DNA of 64,000 bases from an uncultured delta proteobacterium. GTDB lineage: Bacteria > Desulfobacterota > Desulfobacteria > Desulfobacterales > JAFDCJ01. This document shows, one piece after another, positions 37,554 through 47,891 of this stretch. How positions within the stretch are numbered: position 1 is the first letter of the stretch; every line of letters starts with the position of its first letter. A program made the translations under genes and the position numbers. Location: contig CAVYNY010000021.1 in the NCBI GenBank assembly GCA_963769935.1, positions 64,001 through 128,000 on the forward strand, read 5' to 3'. The notes below the pieces were generated by a model. It did no database searches. It was not told where the DNA came from and saw only the letters and a list, made by a program, of their open reading frames with translations.

Positions 37554-39645
37554 CGTTGAGCTCCAGCGTGCCTAATGATTGAATATCAGCATTTTTTAGT
37601 ATCTCATCATAGGATAGGACCGAGACGTTCGGTATAAATTGATCCACCAGTTTTTTGAAATGCCCTCTAATCTGGGCCGAACAAACCACCACCGGCTGAC
37701 AATTCAGCGCAGCGCCCCTTTGCAGGCTGTGCGCCAGGTTTTTCATAATTTTTTGAGCGACCTGCGGATCAAGGGCAAACAGGCTGCCGTGATCCGTCGA
37801 CTGAATCGCAGCGGCAACGGCCGACTCGACGCTGTGATCGAGGGTCAGCACCGGTAAGGCGCCGTCTTGATTCAGGTGAATTCGGGTGATGGTGCGGGAA
37901 AGCGCCTGACGCACATATTCGGTCAGAAGATCCAGGTCTTTGATCACCGGCGCCCAGTCGGCAAGCGTCTCCATGATTGCCAGCAGGTCCCGAATAGGAA
38001 TTTGCTCTTTTAAAAGATTTTGCAGAACCTTTACCACGCCTCCCAGGGAAAGCAGGTTGGGAACCAATTCCTCCACGACTTTGGGATGCGATTCTTTGAG
38101 ATTGTCCAATAGTTGCTGAACTTCCTGCCGGCCTAAAAATTCGTGGCTGTGGCGCTTGACGATTTCAGAAAGATGCGTGGTCATAACTGTTGCCAGATCC
38201 ACAACCGTATACCCCTTGGCCATCGCATTTTCTTTGGCGCTTTCCTTAATCCAAAGCGCGGGCAGCCCGTAGGTCGGTTCGGTGGTCGCAATACCGTCGA
38301 TCTCTTCGTCGGCCGTGCCCGGATTCATCGCCAGATAGTAGTTTGTCATAAGATTTCCGTTGGCTATTTCATTGCCTTTGAGCATGATGGAGTACTGCCC
38401 CGGTTTCAATTGCATATTGTCCTGAATGTGAACCGGCGGAACAATAATACCCATTTCGTCGGCGACCTGACGGCGGATAGACTTTATCCGCCTCAGCAAT
38501 TCCCCATTCTGTTCGGCATCCACCAGCGGTATCAGACCGTAACCCACCTCAATGGCCAGCGTATCGAGCAGCGGCAGGGAGTCCAACTGTTCAGCGGGCT
38601 CGCGTTTTGCTTCGACAATCTGGGTTTCCTGTTCGATCAACTGCTGTTGCCGGGTTGCCCGACTAATGGTATAGGTCAGTCCGCCGGCTAGCGCTGCTAA
38701 AACCCAGAACGGGACCAGGGGCAAACCGGGAATGATGCCAAAGCCGAAAAGCACGAGCGCCGCGATTCCAATCGGCCGCGGCTGAAGCAGGATTTGAGAG
38801 GTAATTTCCTCGCCCAGATTGGATTCGGCCCCCGCCCGGCTGACAATAATTCCCGCTGCGGTCGAAATAATCAGGGCTGGAATCTGGCTGACCAGACCGT
38901 CGCCGATCGTCAGCAGGGTATATGTCTCGGCGGCATTGCCGAAGGACATCTTATTCTGGAAGACCCCGATGGCCAACCCGCCGATAATATTGGCCAGGGT
39001 GATGATGATGCCCGCGACGGCATCCCCCCGCACAAATTTATTGGCACCGTCCATCGCCCCGTAGTATTCGGCTTCCTTCGCAATCTCCTCGCGGCGTGCC
39101 CGGGCTTCCTGCTCATTGATCGAGCCGGCATTTAAATCGGCATCGATGCTCATTTGTTTACCCGGCATTGCATCCAGGGTGAACCTGGCGGCAACCTCCG
39201 CAATTCGGCCCGCACCCTTGGTAATCACCATAAAATTGATGGCCACCAGAATGACAAAAATGATGATGCCTACCAGGAAATTCCCGCCCACGACAAATTT
39301 GCCGAAAGCTTGAATCACTTTGCCGGCCGCTATGGAACCCTCATTGCCGTGGAGTAGGATCATGCGCGTGGAGGCGACATTGAGTGAGAGCCGAAACAGG
39401 GTGACAAGGAGCAAAATGGAGGGAAAGGCGGACAACTCCAGGGGTCTCAGGGTATACATGGAGGCCAGCAGGATGATGAGCGCCAAGGTAATATTGAAGG
39501 AAATGAGCATATCGAGCAGCATTGGCGGCAGCGGAATTACCATAAATACCAGAATCCCGACCACGGCCACGGCCAAGTAGATATCGCTGTTTTTCGTAAT
39601 ACCCGGAATTTTCGGGCTGAATTGGGTTTGTTCTGCGACGGTCAT
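37543..39645 (-). CDS. flhA: Flagellar export gate protein FlhA
   Basis: RIAEVAARFTLDAMPGKQMSIDADL, GAMDGA.KFVRGDA. Confidence 0.98.
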   Translation of the reverse strand: MTVAEQTQFSPKIPGITKNSDIYLAVAVVGILVFMVIPLPPMLLDMLISFNITLALIILLASMYTLRPLELSAFPSILLLVTLFRLSLNVASTRMILLHGNEGSIAAGKVIQAFGKFVVGGNFLVGIIIFVILVAINFMVITKGAGRIAEVAARFTLDAMPGKQMSIDADLNAGSINEQEARARREEIAKEAEYYGAMDGANKFVRGDAVAGIIITLANIIGGLAIGVFQNKMSFGNAAETYTLLTIGDGLVSQIPALIISTAAGIIVSRAGAESNLGEEITSQILLQPRPIGIAALVLFGFGIIPGLPLVPFWVLAALAGGLTYTISRATRQQQLIEQETQIVEAKREPAEQLDSLPLLDTLAIEVGYGLIPLVDAEQNGELLRRIKSIRRQVADEMGIIVPPVHIQDNMQLKPGQYSIMLKGNEIANGNLMTNYYLAMNPGTADEEIDGIATTEPTYGLPALWIKESAKENAMAKGYTVVDLATVMTTHLSEIVKRHSHEFLGRQEVQQLLDNLKESHPKVVEELVPNLLSLGGVVKVLQNLLKEQIPIRDLLAIMETLADWAPVIKDLDLLTEYVRQALSRTITRIHLNQDGALPVLTLDHSVESAVAAAIQSTDHGSLFALDPQVAQKIMKNLAHSLQRGAALNCQPVVVCSAQIRGHFKKLVDQFIPNVSVLSYDEILKNADIQSLGTLELNDAN

Positions 39646-39658
39646 AGTGTTTACTTTG

Positions 39659-40741
39659 TCAGCTATCCTTCATTTTGTACATTCCCTTAAGCCGGTATAC
39701 ATACGCCAGCACTTCGGCGACCGCCCGGTAAAGCTCGGCCGGGATGTAGTCACCGAGATCAACCATTTTAAAGAGGGCCTGGGCCAGCGGTTTCTCCTCA
39801 ACGATCGGAATTTGATTTTCTTCGGCAATTTCCCTGATGCGCTGGGCAACAAATCCGGCGCCTTTGGCCACCACGCGGGGGGCTATCATCGCCTGGGCAT
39901 CAAATTTAAGCGCAATTGCCAGGCGGGTCGGGTTGGTGATGACCACGTCGGCTTCCGGAACAGCCTCCATCATTCGGCGTCGCGCCATTTCCAATTGAAC
40001 CCCGCGAATTCTGGCCTTGATCTTGGGGTCGCCTTGCGATTGCTTGAATTCATCTTTTACTTCCTGCTTGGTCATTTTCAGATCCTGCTCGTATTGCCAG
40101 CGCTGGTAGATGTAGTCCAGGGCGGCCAGCACAATCATGGCCAGACTCACCAAGAAAAAAAGTTTAAGCGAAACCCGGGCGATAAACACAACAATTTGCC
40201 CCACTTCCTGCTGCACGAGATGAGGAAAGTCCGCTATATCACTTTTCAAGATCAGATAGGCAATGCCCCCGATAAATAGAATTTTGATGATGGATTTACC
40301 GAGTTCAACCAGTGATTTCAGAGACACGAAACGCTTCATGCCGGAAACCGGATTCAACTTGCTAAATTTCAGCGACATCGTCTGGGTATTGATTTGAAAA
40401 CCAATCTGCATAACATTGGCGATGAAGCCCACAACGGCAATCGGCAGCAAAAACGGCAGCAGCACCGCCAGCAATCTGTAAAGAATCTCCAGAGAAAAAG
40501 CACTGGCATCGGTTACGCTGTCAATCCTCAGGCTTCCGATGTTTTGATATACCCTGGAAATGAGTTGCGACATATTCCAGAACATCCACGAACCGGCGAA
40601 ATAAAAGATTCCCAGAGAAGTCAGTAAAATCATCACCGAAGAAACTTCTCTGCTGACAGCAACCTGGCCTTTCCTCCGGGCATCTTCTCGTTTTTTCCCG
40701 GTTGCTTTTTCAGTTCTTTCCTGACCGCCTGTTTCAGGCAT
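39659..40741 (-). CDS. flhB: Flagellar export switch protein FlhB
   Basis: RTEKAT, MTKQEVKDE, VVITNPT (NPTR variant of the NPTH autocleavage motif). Confidence 0.97.
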   Translation of the reverse strand: MPETGGQERTEKATGKKREDARRKGQVAVSREVSSVMILLTSLGIFYFAGSWMFWNMSQLISRVYQNIGSLRIDSVTDASAFSLEILYRLLAVLLPFLLPIAVVGFIANVMQIGFQINTQTMSLKFSKLNPVSGMKRFVSLKSLVELGKSIIKILFIGGIAYLILKSDIADFPHLVQQEVGQIVVFIARVSLKLFFLVSLAMIVLAALDYIYQRWQYEQDLKMTKQEVKDEFKQSQGDPKIKARIRGVQLEMARRRMMEAVPEADVVITNPTRLAIALKFDAQAMIAPRVVAKGAGFVAQRIREIAEENQIPIVEEKPLAQALFKMVDLGDYIPAELYRAVAEVLAYVYRLKGMYKMKDS

Positions 40742-40762
40742 AATTGATCATCTTTTCCTAGC

Positions 40763-41542
40763 TTATGACATCATTTTCAGCATGAGCAGAATGTGCCCAC
40801 CCAGACCGTCGAAAATTTTTTTAAGAAATGCTGCAAAATACGGCAGACTGAATCCCAGAAAGAGAAGTCCGACCCCAATTTTCAAAGGCATGGCCACAAT
40901 AAAGACATTCATCTGCGGCACGGTTCGGGCGACCAGCCCAAAAGCAGCACTGGTCACCAGCAGGACGGCTATCACCGGCGCTCCCACCTGAATCGCAATA
41001 ACGAATATATTCCCGCTCAGCTGGATCAGCTGCTCCATTAATGAGCTGCCGAAATGCGCCCTCAAGGGCGGTACAATCCGGAAGCTCAGGGCTAACGCCT
41101 TGATAAACCAGTAATGCGCATTAATGGATAAAAAAATCAGCAGTGCGACCAGGTTGTTGAATTGTGCCAGAAGCGGAATCTGCTCGCTGTCGGCCGGATC
41201 CAACACTTCGGCGATCGCCAGCCCCATTTGATATCCCACCAATTGGCCGGCCAGCTGGATACCGGCAAAGATAAATTTCACGGAAAATCCGATGGTAAGT
41301 CCCAGCAAAATTTCTCTTGCGGCACCGATGCCGAGTGCAAATACACTGCCTGCCACGGGTATCGGATCCAGTTGCAACATCGGAAACAGAATCAAACCGG
41401 TTGCAAACGCCAGCCCCAGCTTGAACAGATGCGGCATCGTGTTGCTCTCAAACACCGGCATCGACATTAAAATGGCCGCAATCCTTATGGAAACCAATAA
41501 AAATAATTGCAGCTGCGGCAATGAAATATTTAAAGAAATCAT
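40763..41542 (-). CDS. fliR: Flagellar export protein FliR
   Basis: AG.QLAG....QMGL, RTVPQMNVF.V..PLK. Confidence 0.95.
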   Translation of the reverse strand: MISLNISLPQLQLFLLVSIRIAAILMSMPVFESNTMPHLFKLGLAFATGLILFPMLQLDPIPVAGSVFALGIGAAREILLGLTIGFSVKFIFAGIQLAGQLVGYQMGLAIAEVLDPADSEQIPLLAQFNNLVALLIFLSINAHYWFIKALALSFRIVPPLRAHFGSSLMEQLIQLSGNIFVIAIQVGAPVIAVLLVTSAAFGLVARTVPQMNVFIVAMPLKIGVGLLFLGFSLPYFAAFLKKIFDGLGGHILLMLKMMS

Positions 41543-41569
41543 TGTAAGTTCTTTATTGACCTGGGTTTG

Positions 41570-41839
41570 CTACCGTACATAAAACATGATGTTTTCAAAC
41601 AGGTTTGTCGTAAAAACAATCATGGTTTGCATCATCCAGGGAAAGAAAAAAATCAGGGCTACAGCCACCGCCAGCATTTTCGGAATAAATGTCAGGGTCA
41701 TCTCATTTATCGAAGTGACCGCCTGAAAAATGCTCACCAGCAGCCCGACCGCCAGGCCGGCCAGCAGCATCGGTGCCGACAGGCTGATGGCTGTTTTTAC
41801 GGCTTCGAAAAAAAATCCCGTTATAAATTCAGGTGTCAT
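41570..41839 (-). CDS. fliQ: Flagellar export protein FliQ
   Basis: MTPE, GLLVSIFQAVTSINEMTLTFIPK. Confidence 0.96.
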   Translation of the reverse strand: MTPEFITGFFFEAVKTAISLSAPMLLAGLAVGLLVSIFQAVTSINEMTLTFIPKMLAVAVALIFFFPWMMQTMIVFTTNLFENIMFYVR

Positions 41840-42717
41840 ACAAACCCCTTCACCAAACTGCCCACCAGCAGGTACCATCCATCGGCCAGGACAAACAGCA
41901 TCAGTTTGAACGGCAGTGATACCATAACCGGCGGCAACATCATCATACCCATAGACAGCAAAACGCTGGCCACCACCATGTCGATGATTAAAAACGGCAC
42001 ATAAAGCAACAGACCGATCTGAAAAGCCGTCTTCACCTCGCTGATGATAAATGAGGGTATCAGCACGGTGGTTGGAATTTCACTCGCATTCTTGGGCCGT
42101 TTGAGCTTGGCGATATCGACGAACAATGCCAGGTCTTTTTCCCGGGTCTGTTTGAACATGAATTCTCTCAAAGGTGCCGCGGCGTTTTGCAGCGCCTCCT
42201 GATTCGTAATCTTTTTATCCAGGTAAGGTTCAAGGGCGTCCTGGTTTATTTTATGCCAGACCGGTGCCATAATAAAAATGGTTAGAAACAGTGCCAGGCC
42301 GATCACTATCTGATTCGGCGGCATTTGCATGGTTCCCAAGGCCCGGCGCATTAAGGACAAAACAATAACTATCCGGGTAAAGGAAGTAACCATGATCAGG
42401 ATCGCGGGTGCCAGGGAGAGAACCGTCATGAGCAGAAAAATCTGCAAAACAACGGTGGGTCCACCGGACTGGGCACTGGTATCCATCCCGATTGAAAAAT
42501 AAGGGGTGGCGATGCCCGGGTCGGCCGCCCAGCTGCTGCCGGCCGGCATAAAAAGCAAACACAAAAGAACCACCGAAGCCGCCCGGACCGGCGTCAGGCG
42601 GTTTACGGCGTTAACCGCACACCGTAAAATGGGCCTGCGTCCGATATCGTCGGTTGACGGCAGACTGCGAGTTTTTTTGCTGTTGATAATTAACACCTTC
42701 CACCCTAACCCGGACAA
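41836..42717 (-). CDS. fliP: Flagellar export protein FliP
   Basis: TSFTRIVIVL, PPNQI, LSMGMMMLPP...SLPFKL.LFVLADGW; start uncertain. Confidence 0.96.
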   Translation of the reverse strand: MSGLGWKVLIINSKKTRSLPSTDDIGRRPILRCAVNAVNRLTPVRAASVVLLCLLFMPAGSSWAADPGIATPYFSIGMDTSAQSGGPTVVLQIFLLMTVLSLAPAILIMVTSFTRIVIVLSLMRRALGTMQMPPNQIVIGLALFLTIFIMAPVWHKINQDALEPYLDKKITNQEALQNAAAPLREFMFKQTREKDLALFVDIAKLKRPKNASEIPTTVLIPSFIISEVKTAFQIGLLLYVPFLIIDMVVASVLLSMGMMMLPPVMVSLPFKLMLFVLADGWYLLVGSLVKGFV

Positions 42718-42728
42718 GCCGGTTGATG

Positions 42729-43106
42729 TTACTCAGCTTTCCTGGCCGAGCGAAACCGTGTAGTCAGCCGCTGCAAGTGGTCCGAAAACGATGGCGTGAT
42801 ACCGGAGACTTCCTGCCGCAAGCCTTCCAGAACTTCTTTATCTTCTATTTTGGTCAGCAAAGAAATTTTGTCATTTGAAATGCCGACCACCAGGATGGTG
42901 CCGGGCACCTCCACCAGCGCGATATTTTTTTTAATCCCGATATACTGACTGGCAATTACCCGGATCAGCTGTCCTTTCGCACCGCCGGCATCACGCTTCA
43001 AATAGCGCTTCAGCAAATAAAAAACACCGAGCAGTCCTCCCAGTACGATACCCAGGGCCATCAGCATCTGCAGCGCACTTGATACCACATTCGGCGCCGT
43101 ATTCAT
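42729..43106 (-). CDS. fliO: Flagellar biosynthesis protein FliO
   Basis: N-terminal TM followed by a beta-rich domain (IALVEV...ILVVG); between fliN and fliP. Confidence 0.85.
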   Translation of the reverse strand: MNTAPNVVSSALQMLMALGIVLGGLLGVFYLLKRYLKRDAGGAKGQLIRVIASQYIGIKKNIALVEVPGTILVVGISNDKISLLTKIEDKEVLEGLRQEVSGITPSFSDHLQRLTTRFRSARKAE

Positions 43107-43468
43107 TGCAACCTCTTAATACGTTCCATAGGGCTGATTACTTCCGTTAGACGAACACCGTATTTCTCGTTGACCACGACGACCTCCCCCCTGGCAATCG
43201 GTTTTTGATTGGCCAGGATCTCCAGGCTTTCACCGGCAAGCTTCGTCAGCTCGATGACCGAGCCCTGCCCGAGTTTGAGCATATCGTTGATCAGCATTTT
43301 GGTTCGGCCGAGTTCAACGGTTATATCCAGGGGGATGTCCAGGACAAACTCCATATTCACGGACCCATCTTTGCCGAATGATTCCTGCGGTTTTTGTGCC
43401 GCATCCTTGGGCGGTGTTCGATCGGAATCCTTAGCCGGTTTTTCTCTTTTTTCATGAGATGCGGCCAT
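43103..43468 (-). CDS. fliN: Motor switch protein FliN
   Basis: LDIPL.ITVELGRT, GSVIEL, ARGEVVVVNEKYGVR. Confidence 0.96.
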   Translation of the reverse strand: MAASHEKREKPAKDSDRTPPKDAAQKPQESFGKDGSVNMEFVLDIPLDITVELGRTKMLINDMLKLGQGSVIELTKLAGESLEILANQKPIARGEVVVVNEKYGVRLTEVISPMERIKRLQ

Positions 43469-43470
43469 AG

Positions 43471-44451
43471 TTAATTATTGCCTCCATTCTTGTGATGCAG
43501 AGCGGCGATTTCAACGGCGCGGTTGCCTTTAATGATGCCCGGAAAACCGAGAAACTTGGGTATGTGCTCAACGGTCATGGTTACCAGATCTTCCGGCCCT
43601 GTATCAAGCTGGATGACGTCATCGACTTGAAGATCCAACAGGTCCTTGACACTGCGGGTGGTGACACCCAGTTCCGCAATGAGGGTTACCGGTGTATCCT
43701 GCAATAAGGCTTCCAATTGCTCCGCCCAGGTGTGTCCCATGTCTTTTTCGCGCAAATACTTTGAAGACAGCTTGTCTTTGATCGGCTCCAGCATCAGATA
43801 TGGGATACAGATATGAAGATTGCCCGCAAATTCCTGGCCTTTGACAGCGAAGACGATTACAACCATCAGATCATTGGGTGAAGCCAGGTGGACGAACTCG
43901 GGCTTGATTTCAGTTTTTTTCAGATTTACGTCGATGACATCAACTATTTTCCAGGCTTTTTGCAGATTCGCCAATACCTCCAGGGAAAATTTGCGCATCA
44001 TCCGCTGCTCGATCAGGGTAAATTCCCGCATACGCTCGGTCGGTTTGCCGTCTCCACCAAACATGCAGTCAATCAAAGAATATACAAGCTTGGGTTCAAT
44101 CGCCAGCATGGCCGATCCGATGAGCGGATCCATGGAAAAAATTGTAAAACTTGTCGGGTTCGAAAAAGCGCTGATGCATTCAATGTACTTCACCATTTCG
44201 GTGGAGACAAACTCCACCTCGATGGAGCGCTGCAGGAAGCCCGTAAACGATGTGGCCAGCAGCCGTGCCAATTTGTCATATACTTCTTCCAAAGCATGAA
44301 ATTGATCTCTCAACATTATGTTTTGGGAAGTCAGGTTATAAGGAGTTATTTCTGCTTCAGATCTTGCATCCTCCTCAAGATCGACCTCTCCTTTATCCAT
44401 TGCCGAAAGGAGGGCATCGATTTCTTCTTGAGTTAATATCTGATCGGACAT
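43471..44451 (-). CDS. fliM: Motor switch protein FliM
   Basis: ILTQEEIDALL CheY-binding peptide, MFGGDG, REFTLIE, C-terminal SpoA domain. Confidence 0.95.
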   Translation of the reverse strand: MSDQILTQEEIDALLSAMDKGEVDLEEDARSEAEITPYNLTSQNIMLRDQFHALEEVYDKLARLLATSFTGFLQRSIEVEFVSTEMVKYIECISAFSNPTSFTIFSMDPLIGSAMLAIEPKLVYSLIDCMFGGDGKPTERMREFTLIEQRMMRKFSLEVLANLQKAWKIVDVIDVNLKKTEIKPEFVHLASPNDLMVVIVFAVKGQEFAGNLHICIPYLMLEPIKDKLSSKYLREKDMGHTWAEQLEALLQDTPVTLIAELGVTTRSVKDLLDLQVDDVIQLDTGPEDLVTMTVEHIPKFLGFPGIIKGNRAVEIAALHHKNGGNN

Positions 44452-44462
44452 ACCGGCTGCCT

Positions 44463-44930
44463 TTACTGAACCACGAATTCTTTAAAATAGATGTTGGTTA
44501 TCTTACCTGAGGTGAGTAAGCTATTCAGCTTTTCCAGGATTTCATCCCTGAGTCCGGTTTTACCTTCTACGGAGCTGATGTCTTCAAAGCGTTTGGAAGG
44601 CAGAATCATCAAAATGCTGTCCCGGATCTGGGGCATTCTTTTATTGATCTCGTCTTGCAGTTCGGATTTCCCCAGTTCCAAGTCCATGGTCACCCGCAGG
44701 TAGCGATTGCCGCCTTTATCCGCCAGATTCACGATAAATGTTTCCAGTGAACAGATCGGGCCCAGCAGCTGTTCCGGGTTGTTTTCCGGGGCGGGGTCTG
44801 TGCCTGCATTGGCGGCACTCTGCACACTCAATTCGGAGAGTTTATTCCACATCATATACAGGCCGCCGCCCATGCCAAGCATAAACACCATCAGAACACC
44901 AATGAGCAAAAAGAGAACTTTATTTGACAT
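44463..44930 (-). CDS. fliL: Basal-body associated protein FliL
   Basis: N-terminal TM; FIVNLAD, PQIRD, IYFKEFVVQ. Confidence 0.93.
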   Translation of the reverse strand: MSNKVLFLLIGVLMVFMLGMGGGLYMMWNKLSELSVQSAANAGTDPAPENNPEQLLGPICSLETFIVNLADKGGNRYLRVTMDLELGKSELQDEINKRMPQIRDSILMILPSKRFEDISSVEGKTGLRDEILEKLNSLLTSGKITNIYFKEFVVQ

Positions 44931-44931
44931 T

Positions 44932-45672
44932 TTACTTCTCACCTTCCGTTACAAGAACGATTTCCACCCGCCGGTTTCTGGCACGATTGGCCGCTGAATC
45001 GTTGGGAGCCAACGGTCTTGATTCACCGTAACCAACTGCGGAAAGCCTTTGAGGATTGATTTTACCGATATCGACTAAATATTTTACGACACTGACGGCC
45101 CTGGCTGTGGACAGATCCCAGTTCGATGGGAAGCGGTGGGTATGAATGGGCACGTTATCCGTATGGCCTTCAACCCGCACCAGGCAGGAAATTTTTTGAA
45201 CCATGGCCGCGATTTTATCCAGGAAGGCCAAACCGCTTGAATTGATTTCGGCCTTCCCGAAATCGAAAAGCAACGCATCTTCAAATGAAATGCGCGCCTC
45301 CTGATTCGCATAGGTAACGTTAATACCGGGATCGGCGGCGAGCTCGCCCAGTGCATCGTCAATGGCGTCCATCGTGTCTTCTCCCTCGCCGGGTGTCGTC
45401 TCGCCTTGTCCCTGGGTCCGTGGGCCGTCAACGGAGACGAGTGGCTGGGAATCGTTTACCGCAATGGACACTTTTGAGCCGGCCGCCAAAACCCCCAGCC
45501 CGCTTTGCAGGGCATTCTGAAATTCCTTCATCATATTTTTGTCGGTTGACCCCATTGTAAAAAGCAGCACAAAAAAAACCATCAGCAAGGTGACCAGATC
45601 GTTGAAGGTGGTCAGCCATCCGGATCGGTTGCCGGAATCTTCCACAGGCCGCACCAAGTTCTTAAGGCTCAT
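44932..45672 (-). CDS. motB: Stator B subunit (MotB/PomB), canonical
   Basis: WLTTFNDLVTLLMVFFVLL TM with the conserved Asp; OmpA-like domain EGHTDN, SNWDLSTARA, RNRRVEI. Confidence 0.93.
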   Translation of the reverse strand: MSLKNLVRPVEDSGNRSGWLTTFNDLVTLLMVFFVLLFTMGSTDKNMMKEFQNALQSGLGVLAAGSKVSIAVNDSQPLVSVDGPRTQGQGETTPGEGEDTMDAIDDALGELAADPGINVTYANQEARISFEDALLFDFGKAEINSSGLAFLDKIAAMVQKISCLVRVEGHTDNVPIHTHRFPSNWDLSTARAVSVVKYLVDIGKINPQRLSAVGYGESRPLAPNDSAANRARNRRVEIVLVTEGEK

Positions 45673-46427
45673 GGGCTGCCTCCGTCGGAACGCCTTTTGG
45701 ATCGGTATTCAGAAAAATGATCTCGACTCTGCGGTTTTGGGCCCGGTTTTCAATGCTGTCGTTGGGGGCTACCGGATGATACTCGGCGAATCCTTCGGCG
45801 GAAAGCCGCCGACTTGAAATACCGCAGGTTTCGATGAAATACCGCAACACCGTCACTGCCCGGGCGGTGGACAGTTCCCAGTTCGATGGGTAGCGTGCAG
45901 TTTTGATCGGCACATCGTCCGTGTGTCCCTCGACCCGCACCTCGTACGGGCTGCCGGCAATGATGGCACCGACCTTTTTCAGCAGCGGGATGGCCTTCGG
46001 TGAAATGTCGGCCATTCCGATATCGAACAGGGCGTGATCCGACAAACGCATTACCAACCCTCTGGGGAGAAAAGGCGACCGCGATGTCTTGCTCGAGACC
46101 ACGATGTTCGGCCAGGCTTTTTAATTTTTCATAGATGTGTGCCAGCTGGCTCTTGCGATTCACGATATCGGCGGACGTAGGCACGATAATGCTGCCGTCG
46201 TCAATTTTCATGCCTCCAGGCAGAATGCTGACGGAATTCACGAATGACTTCACAAATCGCATGACTTTTGCTCCCTCGATGCTCGAAAAGGAACTGAGCA
46301 TAATGAAGAAGCAAAGCAAAATCATAGCGAAGCCGGAATATATAACTTCCCAGCCGCCGGCCGAGCCTTCATCACCGTCTGCGCTGTTTTTTTTCCTGAA
46401 ATTCTTCATGGCTTCATCGCGGATCAC
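45662..46427 (-). pseudogene. motB: Second MotB-like stator subunit, Asp-less, with one apparent frameshift (possibly an assembly error)
   Basis: TM WEVIYSGFAMILLCFF and the OmpA domain (EGHTDD, SNWELSTARA) lie in different frames; removing one base from the G4 run at 46064-46067 gives a single 255-codon ORF. Confidence 0.8.
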
Positions 46428-46463
46428 CCGCTGCTCTAAAGGCCCTTGGTTGCGATTCCATTC

Positions 46464-47243
46464 CTAGGCGTTGGCCGGCTCCAGATCGACTGTCGGGCGT
46501 GCTTTAGGGGCAATAAACGCCTTCAGCTTTTGTTCGACTACCCGGTGATTGTCACCGGATTGAATTGACAGAACGCCTTGGAGCACCATTTGCTTAACCA
46601 GTATTTCCTGTTTGCTGCGGGTTTTTAATTTTCCCGCAATTGGGATAAACACTAGATTGGCCAGGATTGTGCCGTAAAAGGTGGTCAAGAGCGCCACCGC
46701 CATCGGGGCACCGATCTGACTGGGATCTGCCATCTGCATCAGCATCTGGACCAGACCGATGATAGTTCCCAACATGCCGATCGCCGGGGCGAACCCCCCC
46801 ATCGTGGTGAAGATTTCCGACCCCAGACGGTGCCGCTCTTCCAGGTAAATGATTTCCGTAACCATGACATCTTCGATGGCACTGGATTCCATGCCGTCTA
46901 TTGCCATCTGAATTCCCTGAACCAGGAAGGGGTCTTCAATATTTTCCAGCTGCGATTCGAAGGAGAGAATCCCCTCCTGGCGCGCCTTTTTGGCAAATCC
47001 GGTAATCAGAGGAATAAGCTCGCTGACGGAGTGGGACTTGTGCATGAATGCATGTTTGGCAACCTTGAAAACACTCAATACATCTGCCAACGGATACGCC
47101 AGCAAAGTGGCGCCCATGGTACCGCCGAATACAATCATCAACGAGGGTGTATTGATAAACCAGGTCCCATCTCCGCCCATCATGATGGAGACAATCACCA
47201 AACCAAATGAAATTATGATCCCGACCAGGGTTGCTATATCCAA
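46464..47243 (-). CDS. motA: Stator A subunit (MotA/PomA type)
   Basis: DIATLVG, AR.EGIL..E, APAIGMLGTIIGLVQML, AVALLTTFYG; TTG start after AAGGAG. Confidence 0.95.
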   Translation of the reverse strand: MDIATLVGIIISFGLVIVSIMMGGDGTWFINTPSLMIVFGGTMGATLLAYPLADVLSVFKVAKHAFMHKSHSVSELIPLITGFAKKARQEGILSFESQLENIEDPFLVQGIQMAIDGMESSAIEDVMVTEIIYLEERHRLGSEIFTTMGGFAPAIGMLGTIIGLVQMLMQMADPSQIGAPMAVALLTTFYGTILANLVFIPIAGKLKTRSKQEILVKQMVLQGVLSIQSGDNHRVVEQKLKAFIAPKARPTVDLEPANA

Positions 47244-47295
47244 CCGCAAACTCCTTTGGATGCCAAATTAATGGAAATTATTGTTATGTTATGGT

Positions 47296-47311
47296 AGCAA
47301 GTATTGTGCCA
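47296..47311 (-). promoter_or_regulatory. sigma54 promoter of the motA operon
   Basis: TGGCAC-AATAC-TTGCT consensus match; GTCAACTCTTTGAC box at 47502-47515. Confidence 0.8.
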
Positions 47312-47565
47312 CAGAATGGCGCGCCTTGATCTCAAAACTGTTCGTGGCCTTCAACCGCCGGGACGGTTGAACTCTATGAAATAAAATGAAAAAAATCGTG
47401 AACGGCAGTTTGGTGATCAGACACGGTTCGGGTGCAGGCACAACCGGCACCGGGCAGCGGGCTGCCGGTTGGGGGGCAGGCGTCAATTTTAGCAGTTGTT
47501 AGTCAACTCTTTGACGACAAAACAAAAGTATCAAATGGGAAAATTGGCGAATCTTGTCCGGCCGG

Positions 47566-47799
47566 TCAGCGGGCACCCGGCTGCAGGCTCTGGTCGGTAT
47601 CGGCGTCGTCCGCCAAATGGCAATTGATAGCGCGCTGGTAGTCCGCGATGCGCTGGGATATCTCCTCTACCGGCTCTTTGACCATGATTTTATCATGGTT
47701 GGTAAATGTAATGACCGTGTCCGGCGTTGCCTGCAGGGATTGTATTTTTTCGACATTGATTACCATCACGGAATCGTTTAAACGGGTTACCTTAATCAT
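47566..47799 (-). CDS. flbD: FlbD/SwrD family flagellar protein
   Basis: MIKVTRLN, IN...I......TPDTVITF, VKEP.EEI; between flgE and motA. Confidence 0.88.
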   Translation of the reverse strand: MIKVTRLNDSVMVINVEKIQSLQATPDTVITFTNHDKIMVKEPVEEISQRIADYQRAINCHLADDADTDQSLQPGAR

Positions 47800-47891
47800 G
47801 TCTATCCACCTTCTTTCTTGAGAAAACATGCTGGCCATAGATGAAAGGTTTCAGTGTTCAGGTTTCAGTGTTCAGGGTCACGATCGATGGT

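Noticed and set aside
46055..46075. Programmed frameshift or phase variation in motB
   Set aside because: The run is only 4 nt, there is no slippery heptamer or evident stimulatory structure, and it belongs to a local indel cluster.
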